This document shows, one piece after another, positions 48,601 to 60,600 of a stretch of DNA of 64,000 nucleotides (position 1 is the stretch's first letter; each line of letters starts with the position of its first letter). This DNA comes from Chiloscyllium plagiosum (taxonomy: Eukaryota). The notes beneath the pieces were generated by a model. It searched no databases. It was given only the letters and a program-made list of their open reading frames with translations, and was not told the origin of the DNA. The position numbers and the translations under genes were made by a program. Location: assembly GCF_004010195.1 (NCBI RefSeq), contig NC_057719.1, positions 43,587,685 through 43,651,684 of the forward strand. Direction: 5' to 3'.

Positions 48601-51600
48601 AACTACTATGTGCACAAGTTTACACTTTTGCAGCTGAAAATTGCAAGAGCTTGAGACTCAAATGAAAGCAGAGAAAAAGACATTTGAACTGACAGAATAA
48701 ATCAAATTGCAGCATCGTCCCAATTTGGTATTTTATTTAAACTGACAAAGTAGCAATTACATTTCAGGATTGCTCAAAAACTGAAGTATTATAGAGACAC
48801 ATGTATTTCCCTATTCATTCTTCAAAAACAATTATCTTGGTTATTTGTGATAGTTTCAAAGATACAATGAACTTGCACGTAGTTATTCCACATCTAAAAG
48901 TAATGGGATGAAATGTTTTTCATATTGGCTACTTCTTGGGTAAAGTGGAAAAAAAGTACATAAACTGTATTATCAAACTTGGGTTTAGAAAAGCTGTCAG
49001 GAATGAGAGGATCTTCAGAGGTCATTTTCAGAGACAACAGCAAAATACAGAAGGAGAAAGTTATGTGCTGTACCTCTCTCTTTATATCTCTAGAATCGAA
49101 ATATTTAACCTAATTGTCAAATGCTATAAAGACTGTATACATACAATAACTTAGTTTTACAGACAATATCTCTTTAATTAGCTAAATACATAATGGCTTC
49201 TTACCTATCAGATCCTAAGAGATGAAAGACTCTGCTTTTATCAGATATCTCCTGGGTAACCTGATTTGGAACATTCAGCAATAAATTAATTATATTTAAA
49301 ATAATCCTCAAAATGGTTTTAAAACAAATGCAAAGTATGCACAGAGTGGACTGAAATATACAAGGTGCTGCAAAGCAACAGGGAGGATTTATCATTCAAG
49401 TTGGCTCAAAAACCTATATTCTTTTCATTTTTGTAGACTCCGTGCAAAATTGCAGTACTTTGTACAACAAATTTGTATAAAACAGTACAAAATATTACAA
49501 AATGTAGAAACCTGCAGTATTTGAACTGCACTAAATGATATGCTTAATCCCAAGATGTATAACTATTGTTTCTCAATGTGTGAACTAGTTGCTATTGTTT
49601 TGTTCAGTAATGCAACAGTAGTTTGAAACATGTAATTTTCTTTCAGAAGTGCTAGATTTTACTTATGAATTTGGTTACTAAGTTTTGTGCAGTTTAATAG
49701 TGCAAAACCAAATTAATTTCTATTTTAAACTGTTGTCCTCCAGAGAATCTGAAGATTATTTTGGTGTCTTAAGAAATACCAACACCCACTAGTTCACACA
49801 TTTTGAATGAAAAGACCTGTTATCATCTATTGATCTGCGACTTAACTCAGAATACTGTCCATAGGGACAAGAGTTGATTAGCAAACAAAGCAAATTTGGA
49901 TGTAAACCTAAAAAGGGTAGAGATTAAAAATATAGCAATAACAATTCCAAAACCAGAGTAGGAGACTTAAGTATAATTCAGCCCATCTCCAACATTATTA
50001 TATTTTCAAGTACAGTATACACTGTGCACATGACTTATCCTAATTTGAATCCTAATGGAGAGTAAGTCATTAACATTTTGGATCTGATAATACAAGTCAA
50101 TGATTTATCATCAAATGCCTAGAGTCCACTGCACACTCTGCTAATATCGCAAATGCCAGTTCAATAAAAGCAATTATACTATAGGTCATTCACAAACAAT
50201 CTATTGCTCCCAGAATTAGATACTAACATTGTGTTTGTTGTTACCAAGGTGCTTGTTGATTGTTTACATTTCATCACTTCATTTGTATACACGACTTACA
50301 ATGCTTTATTAAAACCCTTTGTGTTGACTAATCCTTCTTGGAAAAGGTTTGCTGTACATGAGTAAATCATTCCATAATTTCCATAAGCTCCAAATTAAGA
50401 TCAGAATCTATCCTTTCAGAACATATACCCCCAAATAACTAATGAGAAAGTAGTAATAAAGACTGCTATATTACTCAAACAAATAACTTAGAAAAGAATG
50501 GAAAATATGTACACAAGGTCAGTATTGGGCTTGGCCATGATTCCCAGAAATCAATAGTGTTCACAGTTTTGAGCACAGGGAAACATTGAAGGGATTTGTT
50601 TTATAAGACACTCTAAGGTGTTCACAACAGTCTTAGTTATCTTGGTACAAAGTACAATTGCACATTGCTTATTGAGGCAAAGTCCTATCTTCACAATGAG
50701 GATATCCTTCATGTACTGAGGCACTTTCATTGTGCTAAATAGGCAGATTTCAAAGATATCTAGCAACTCAAAACTGGGCATTCCTGAGGCACTATAGTCC
50801 ATCATCAACAACATAATTGTATTCAACTACAATCTGTAACCTCATAACTTGACATATTTCCTCACTCTACCCTCACATTAAGCCAAGAGATCAACCCTGT
50901 TTCAATGTTAAGTGAAGGACATCATATCACCAGGCATACTTAACAATAGAGGTATCAGTTTGGTAACACAGGATTACTTGCAAGCCAAACAGTGGAAGCA
51001 ACATGCAATAGTTGGGCTAAGTGATCTCACAAACAACAGATCAGATCTCAGATTTCAGTCCTGCCGCAGTCATGAATGATAATGGACAGTCAAACAACTA
51101 ACAGAAGGTGAGGGCTTTTCAAATATCCTCAATGATGGGGGTCTCAGCAAATGAGGAAGGAAAAAAAAAATCTGAAATATCTTCCACCAGAATTGCCAAG
51201 TGGATTATTTTCAACAGCCTCCTGCTGAGATCCCTGTATTTCAAATGCCAGTCTTCAGACCACCTGATTCACTCCATGTGATATAAAGAAATAGCTGAAG
51301 ACATTTGATACTGCAAAAGCTACAGCCCTGACAACATTCCAATAGTAGTACTGAAGAAGTTTGATCGAGAACGTGCTATGCACCCAAGGCAATCTGTTCC
51401 AGTCCAACAACATTGAAACCTCCTAGACAATGTGGAAAATTGTCCAGGTATATACACTAAACAGCAGGACAAATCAGCCAATTATCACCCTTTCAGTCTG
51501 TTCTCAAACAAAGTGACGTAAAGGGTTGAAATACTATCAAGCCACATTTGCAAAAGAATAATCTGCTCTCTGATGCTTAGTTTTGACTCCACTACGGACA

Positions 51601-54600
51601 TATGGATCCTGACCTCATTACTGTCTTGGTTCAAATGCAAACAAAGAGTGAAATTCAAGATGTGAGAGGAGTGTGACTGCCCTTGACATCAAGACTTGTG
51701 ACAATGCTGTCACTTTAAAAGATTATTTTGTCCTTGTTTTTTTTTGAAGAGACGTCATAAAGGCAGGGGTGTGAGGAGTGTAGAGAGTTCAACAATGGAA
51801 GGGGAGCGGCCAGTTCTCCCAGTTCAGGTTTTTTTCTATTTTTTTTTAAAAGCTGTAGCAGTCATAAGATGTTAGAGTCTAGAAGAGTTGCAAGCTTCAG
51901 TAAAGGTTTCCTCTCATTTTTTCTGAAATTTCTCTCTGGGTGTTGTTCCACCTGCCTGTAAGCAGGTGTTTGAATTTACGTTTTTGCCAAGGGGTGTGTT
52001 CAGGGATGTTACAGTATTGGAACAATTAATTAGTAATAGTTACTGTATTGGATTAGTTTAGTTACTGTATTGAGTCCTGGTTAAGTTTCTGCATTAGAAT
52101 AGTTAATTAGTAATAGTTACTGTATCGACTTGCTTAAGTTTTCCAATAGTTGTTATTCTAAATTCCGCTTTCTTTTGTTCAGGTGTCAGCTGTAGTGTTT
52201 AGATAAAGCCAGGTGGTTTGACCAGTTGCATTACACCTCGAACACTTACTTCACATCTGCCTTGAAAATAAGAAAATGTTAGGGTCTAAGCTACCTTCTT
52301 AAAATATTTTGAAGGGGTCTGGCCTGGTCCATATCAGACTATATCTGACAGTGTGGAAACAGGTCTTTCGGCCCAACAAGTTGTTAGAGGACAATGATTT
52401 CAGTGTCCAAACATCTTCAGCTGCTTCATCAATGATCTTCCATCCACCACAAGGTCGGAAGAGGGAACATTTGCACAACATTTAGCACCATTTGGACTCC
52501 TCAAATACCGAAATAGTCGGTGCTCAAATGCAAAGGCTGGCACAACATCCAAGCTTGGGATTATACATAGCAAGTAATGTTTGCATCACAGAAGTGCCAG
52601 GCAATAATCATTTCCAACAAGAGAATCTAACCAAATGTTCTTGATATTCAATGGAACCAGCATCGCTGAATGCCCAACTGTCAACATCCTTATGTGTGCG
52701 TGCACTTGCACAGGAGTATCCCATTAACCATAAATGACATCAATCAGCTACACGAATACCGTGAAGGGGCTTTATGGCACATTTTGTGTTCCTATCTGAG
52801 CAATTTGGAGCATCTATCAGAGGGGCAAAGAGACTTGGCAGTTCAAGGATTTTTTCAAGGTAAACTTATGGGTTGAGTCAGTAGTTAGAATGCAATGATG
52901 GCATCTACTTTGAGAAGACTTGAATATAAAAGCAGGGAAATATTTCTGAGGCTCCACAAGGCTCTGGACAGGCCACATTTGGAGTACTGTGCGCCGTTTT
53001 CGGCCACATATCTCAGGAAGGATGTACTGGCCCTGCAGTGTGTTAAGAGGATGTTCACGAGACTGGTCCCAGGAATGAAAAGCTTAACATACAAGGAATA
53101 TTTAAGGACTCTGGGTTTACACACAACAGAGTTTAGAAGGATGGCAGGGATTAAATTGAAACTTTCAGAATATTGAATGGCTTGGGCAGTGTAGATGTTG
53201 GGAAAATGTTTCCATTGGTCGGAGAGACTAGGACCCAAGGGCACAGCCTTAGAGTAAAGGAAGACCTTTTAGAACCCAGATAAGGAGAAACTTTTTCAGC
53301 CAGAGAGTGGTGAATCTATGGAATTCACCATCACAGAAGGCTGTGGAGGCCAGGGCATTGAGTGTATTTAAGACTGAGATAGATAGGTTCTTGATTGTCA
53401 TGGGGATCATGGGTTACAGGGAAAGGGCGGGAGAATGGAGATGAGAAACTTATCAGCCGCGATTGAATGGCAGAACAGACTCGATGGGCTGAATGGTCTA
53501 AATTTTGCTCTTCTGTCTTATGGTCTCATGGGCAAAAGTCAGTGTCTCAATAAGATACAGGAGAAAGAATAAGTGTACATTTTTGCACATGGAGAGTGGA
53601 ACAGGCAGTACATAAGGCCTCAACAACCACAGTTCTAAGGGGTTGCTTGGGGCTCGGGATTAGGGTGACAGCAGCACCAGCTCCTTGAGCGGATTGGTAA
53701 GAACACGTCTGTTCATGCTGAGACACAATATCATATTTGTGGTACACTGAACAATGGCATCATTTCGGAGAGACAAAAGTCAATAAAAATAAGTCCTGCA
53801 ATAAGTAATCAAATCAGTCAGTCACTTAGCAACTGTGGAAGTAATTGTAGGTGGACTTACTTCATTTGACTTGAAGCTTTTACCCTGCATACCATGCTTC
53901 CAGAAAGCCAGTATACTATCCTGAAGACACACTGAGAAAAGAGGGGCAGGTCAAAGAAAGGTTTTTAGCATAAATAAAATGAAATAAGCATATTTGAATC
54001 TGCTTAGCATCTAGCTCTTGTTACGATTATAAGTCTAATTAGAAGATTTTCTCAATTCTAAACTACACAACTCAAAACTCCAGATAACTGCAATTAAAAC
54101 ACTTGCACACCAATATGTTGAGATTTTTCTCCGTAAAATATTTTTGAAGTGTCTAAATATCCAATTACCAAAATAAACATTTTGAGTCATTAAATTTTTA
54201 ACAACACAATAAGCCATTATTTTATTCACAGAAGTATACCCACTTAGTCAAGGGATTGAAAGCTGTGGAGTGTCACAAAGGAGTCATACTTACTGACAGT
54301 ATATATTAATGGCTTGGATAAGAAAAGTGATTTTGGAGGGTTGCAACTCATTTAAGCTCAATAGTTACCAGGAAAAGTATGAGAATTTAAAACTCACTTT
54401 AATCCTGAGTAACCTATCAACTAATCCCTGGTTCATCTTAACTTCAACAGATCAAACAACCTCCCCTGCAACTGGTCAACCACCCACACCCAGGTCTGAC
54501 CCACTCTTCAATGCTCAACCTCAAGATAACACACCACATCCTGAATCGACCTGACCCAGTGGACTGCAATCCCCAACTCCACTGGACCAGACATCAAACA

Positions 54601-57600
54601 GGCCAGATATGTCTCGACTGATTCAACTCCCCTGACAGTACTACTTGACATACCACAAAACTCATTCACTGACCGATTACCTATTTCCCTCACCCACCTG
54701 TCACCCCAGCCAGGAAACTCAAGGGAAGTACCTATCTAAAGGTATGTATTTACCTTTTAGTGTAATCAGGATAGGAATTAGGATTTCCAATCTTAATTGG
54801 AAAATCTGGGCCCTAATCTCCTGAAGAGTCTATTCAATTTAAAACTTTCATTGAACCTACACATAGTCTTAGTCAGCCTCCGAAACCAAATCACTCATGT
54901 CCGAGCCCAGTTCTATTTGACCCCTCTCTGCCCAATCACCTTGGCCATCTGAAAACCGATTTGCATTCTGAAAAAACTAATGAAATGGATTTTGCTATAA
55001 ATGTATTTTAAAAATAATTTTAATGCATTAAATATTGGGAAATTAACTTACCTACTGATTCAACGCAAAAGTCAAAACTTAGCTCTGATGCCAGCTTTTT
55101 GCTTGATTTCAATTTGCCGTGCAGATTTACAATCTTGACATTTTCTGAAATAGAAAATATGGCTATTCATGCATAAGTTATAATAATGTTATAGAAGAGC
55201 AGTGGCAAAAAAAAACAGTATCATGTAATAAAATCCATCTTGAACTTTTTCTGTTCCTAAGTAATCACAGATTCCTTAATTGAGTAGGAAGGACACCATC
55301 AGACACTGAGATTGTACAAAATTACAAGTCTCATGACTGCCAAACTTTGAGAATTTTTTTAAGATTCAGATGCAGGCAGTAGGGATTCTGGTTCCTCAAA
55401 AGACAACACTATATCATAATTTTTAATAATCATTTGGTAGCAAATCTCTCCCCTATTGCCCTACATCATTCCTGATGAACAGCTTATGCTCAAAACATTG
55501 AGTCTCCTGCTCCTCAGATGCTGCCTGACTGGCTGTGCTTTTCCAGCACCACACCTTTTGACAGCTATTCGAACAGTAGTAATTTCCTTCTATCATATGA
55601 AGGTTTCAAATTGCACCTTTACAGTTTTAGAATATTGCTTAAAATATACTTCACACAAGTAATTAGTGATATTTGTCTTGGGTTACTGTGTCATAGGTGC
55701 TCAGAGCTATTGACAGTTGAATAGAAAACACATTCTACAATGGTCAAAAGACATGTAGGGGAAGAGAGTGTGGGGAAACATTTGAAGAGTTACATTTTAG
55801 GCTATTTAATGAATTCTTGCTTAATTTTATCCATTTATGTTTACCCGTGTACATGTGCTGCAATGTACAAAGTGCCCACTCCTACAAAATTTCTAAACAA
55901 AATGTTAATTTAGGGTTTATTACAAAAATTTCATTCACCAAAAGTTCCATCTACATGTTTGGTGTAATTCAAGATGATCTTCCAATATCATCACTGCAGC
56001 ATTTCTATGAAAATTACCTAATTCTGCCTTTGCATCAGTTTATTTATTGTTGAAACCTTCACTCATTCTCTTGCTACTTCCAGATTAGATTACTTCAATT
56101 TACTCCTGGCTGGTATCAGTTGGAAATTCAACTTTCATGCTTGTATACCAATTTAGACTAAGTGTTGCTCACCCAAGAAAACACGAACGTAGAAAATAGA
56201 TGCAGGAATAGACCATTCAGCCTGTTGAGCCTGTAATACCATTCATTACAATCATGATTATACTGATTATGCAATCTCAGTATCTCATTCCCACTTTCTC
56301 TCTCCATACCCCTTGATCCCATTAGTCACAAGGGCCACATCCACTCATTCTTAAATATATGTAATGAACTGACCCCAACACATTCCTGTGGGAGAGAATT
56401 CCATAGGTTCACTATTATGAATGAAGAAATCCTTCCCCATCTCAGTCCTGAATGGCTTACCCCTTAATTCTTATACTGTGATTGCTAGCTCTGGACTTTC
56501 CCAACATCAGGAACACTTTCCCCACATCTAGCCAGTCCAATCCCATTAGGATTTTATATTTTTATGAGATCCCCCTTCGTTCTTCTAAATTCCAGCTGAT
56601 ACAAGCCCAGTCAATCCAGTATTTCCTCATATATCAATCCTGCCATCCTGGTAAACAGTCTAGTGAACCTTCACTGGACTCCCTCAATAGCAAGAATGTC
56701 CTTTCTCATACGAGGAGGCTAAATCTGCACACAATACTCAAGGTGAGGCCTCACCAAAGTCTTGTATAACTGCAGAGTGGAAAAGGGTGGCGCTGGAAAA
56801 GCACAACAGGTCAGGCAGTGTCTGAGGAGCCCTTCTCCCCTCCACATTCCTGATGAAAGGCTGACGTCCGAAACATCGACTCTCCTTCTCCTCGGATGCT
56901 GCCTGACCTGCTGTGTCTTTCCAGTGCTACACTTTTCGACTCTTGTACAACTGCAGTAAGACAACCTTACTCTGATACTCAAACCCTCTTGTTGTGAAGG
57001 CCAGCATGCCACTAGCTTCCCTCACCGCTTGCTGCACCTGCATGCCAACCTTCAGCAACTGTTACACCATGACACCCAGGTGTTGTTGCACCCCGCCTTT
57101 TCCAAAACTGCCACCAGTCAGATAATAATCTATCTTTGTGTTTTTGCAACCAAAGTCGATAACCTCACATTTATCCACATTCTATTGCATTTGTCAAGTA
57201 TTTGCCCATTCAGCCAGTCTGTCCAAGTCACCTTGCAGCCTCTTAGCACCCTCCTCATAGCACACACTGCCACCCAGTTTCGTGTTGTCCGCAAATTTGA
57301 AGACATTGCATTCAATTCCAAGGACCGGAATGGACAAGGACAGTAGATCATTATTGATGGTAGAACTAAAAAGCTAATAATGAGGGAAGAAAATTGACTG
57401 TGAAAGCAAATTCATGGGAATATATAAAAACAGCATGGCCTTCTAGTGGTAAACAGCAGTAGCTAAAGTGAGTGTGATACCCTAGAGAATACAACTGGGG
57501 AATTCAAAATATGGAAAACAGAAATGGCAAATAATTTAACCCAATATTCTACACTGGCCTTCATGGTGGAGGATGCTGTAAGCATCTCAAAGATATCAGA

Positions 57601-60600
57601 TAAGCAAGGTGCTGACCAGAAGAAAAGTCTTGTAATGGCCACTATCACGAGGGACAAAGTATTTGACTAACTAATGGAATTAAAAGCAGACAAGTCACCA
57701 GGACCTAATGGCCTGCATTAAAAGGATTTTAAAGGAAGTGGCTGTAGAAATATTGGAAACATTAGTTCAATTATTCCAGAACTCAGTAGATATTGGGAGG
57801 ATTCAAGCCAACTGGAAAACTGCTCATGTTCAGGAAGGAGGGCGACAGAAAGCTATAGGTAAGTTAATCTAACATCTGTTGTTGGGAAGAAATAGCAGGA
57901 ATTTAGAAAAACTTAAAACCATCAAATTGAGTGAACATAATTTTGTGAATTTCTTTGATAAATTTGCAAGTTCTTTGATGATAAGAAGCAAAGTTGAAGG
58001 GGAACTGGTAAACACATGGTATTTGGATTTCCAGAAGATAATTAATAAGGCATCATATAAAAAGTAATTGCACAGGATAGGAGCTCATGGTAATATATTT
58101 GTTTGGATTGAGTTTTGATTAATGGTTTTATTCAGGTTAGAAAAATGGAGTGGCACAAGGATCAGTCCAAGGCCTTTCAACTATTTGCTACAATATTAAC
58201 AACTTGGAGGAGTGACCTATATTCAGTGTCATATATTCAGCTTTGCAGACAATATGAAAATAGGCAGGAAGATATTTTATAATGAGGACATAAGGAATCT
58301 GCAAGGGGAAAAGATATGGTTGAGTGGGTGGGCAAAAACTTGGCAGATGTAGGAAAGTAAGAGGTCACGCACCTTGGTCAGAAGAATCAAAAGGAAGACT
58401 TTTTTTGAAAATGGAGAGAGACTCCAATAAAGTGCAGCACAGAGGGATCAGGGTGTTCTTGTGGATGATACAAAAAGTTTAATATTAAAAGTCCAGTAAG
58501 TGCAACTTCAACCTTTATTGTTGGAATTATAAATAAGGATGTCTTGTTGTAAATGTACAGGGTGTTGGCAAGGCTGCACTGGGTACGATGTACAGAATTG
58601 GTCCCTGAACTTAAAGCATGTACTGGCATTAGAGGGTGTTCTGTGGAAAATAAGGGAGGGAGTGGTTGTGGGTATGTTTGCCGGGGTGGGAAGTTGATTT
58701 GCTGACATTTGTAATCTTTACACAAACCTAGAGTAAGGCAAGAAATTATGAGGCCCCTTGCAGAAATATTTACATCACCTATAATCACGGGTGAGGTCCT
58801 GATGACTGGAGGATAGCTAATGTGCCTTTGTTTAAGGAGGGCTGGAGGGAAAAATTTGGGAACTATAGACTTGAGAGTCTGACTTAGGTTTTGAGTAAAT
58901 TGTTGGAGGCGATTTTAAAAGATAAGAATTATAGACATTTAGAAAATTGATTAGGGATAGTCAGCTTGGTTTTGTGAGAGGAAAATTGTGTCTCTCAAAC
59001 TTGATTCAGTTTTTTTTAAGTCAGTTACAAAAAAACTTATAAGAACAGAGCAGGAGACATTGTTTTCTCAGATGTTAGTGAAGCCTTTGGCAAGATTCGA
59101 CATGGTAGACTAGTAAAGTTAAGTTACATGGGAGTCAGTGTGACCTTGCCAATTGGTTAAATAATTGGCTTAATGGAAAAAGACAGTGGTGGTGAAGAGT
59201 TGATTTTTTGGACTGGAGGCCAGTCACCAGCTACTTTTCAGAGATCAGTTCAGGGTCCTCTTTGGTTTGTCATTTATGTAAATGATTTGAATGAGAATAT
59301 AGAAGGCATGGTTAGTAAGTTTGCACACAACACCAAAATTGGTGGCATAGTAGCCGGTGAAGGTTTTCTAAGATTACAAAGGGATCTCGATCAAATGGGT
59401 CAATGGACTGAAAAATGGCACATGGAGTTCAAACTGGATAAATGGGAGGTATTGCATTGTGGCAGTTCTCGCACAAGTAATGGTAGGGCCTTGGGTAGTG
59501 TTGTAGAACAGAGGGACCTAGAGGACCATATGGAGATATTTGGCATTATAATTGTTTTTTAAAACTTGCCATTAGAAATGTTTAGCATATTAAATTTTAG
59601 GGAAAAAAAACTGGATTTGTCATTTTGTGCAAGTTCATTGATGAAAAACACATTAAAATTTACTTTATTGAGATGAAAACCCCTGATTGCAGCATTTTGG
59701 AAAGCAAATGGGTTGAGGTGAGAAATTAAGTGGTCAGTGTGAGCATTTGGAGTGTTCCATTCTGAGAATTATCCAAGAGGCTACATTCAAGCTTTCTAAC
59801 ACTTCCTTTTTAAAGTATTCAGGTAAGCACATTGAAATTATGGGTGGCACTGCTGCCACACAGCGCTTGGGTCCCCGGTTCAATTCCAGCCTTGGGTGAC
59901 TGTCTGCCTGGAGTCTGCACGTTCTCCAACACTTGCACAGGATTTTGCTGGGGTGCTCAGATTTCCTCCCAGGTTGTGTAGATTGTTGTCCAGGGATAGT
60001 GGACTCCAGCTGGGTGGAGCAAAATGATTTAATTTCTTTTCTGGGTATCTTCATTGTAATCATATTGTAAATTGTAATAATTTGAAAAGACAAAACTTAG
60101 CAGAAATAAATAGTTACAACAATTTTAATGTGTAACATGGACTAAAATAATATCCCTGCATTTGATTACTGATCTAATACTTTAAAGAATGAAAGGTACG
60201 CTTCTCATGAACCTGAACTCTATTAGCATACTATGGTGTGAATTTACAAATACAGGCATAGCTGAAGTACAAGTTAAGCTGTTCAGAGCTTCATAATTTG
60301 ATACAGAAATGCACATGCTAGTAAAAGGGAATGTACCTAGGATTATTAAAAATTGACAGGTACTCACTATCCATGCAGACAAGAACTGTATCCCTTTCCA
60401 GCTGGGTTATGTGGATGGTATCCAACTCGCAATTAGCTAAAACAATAAAAGGCAGACGTGACAATGATATACTCATGACAATGCAAAAATTTAATGTATT
60501 AAGCAGATGTACCTTTTCAATAAATGTTCATCAGGTTAAAGAAGTTTCCACTGAATGCTGTACATAAAACTATTTCCCCAACCTGAAATCATTGAGGGTA

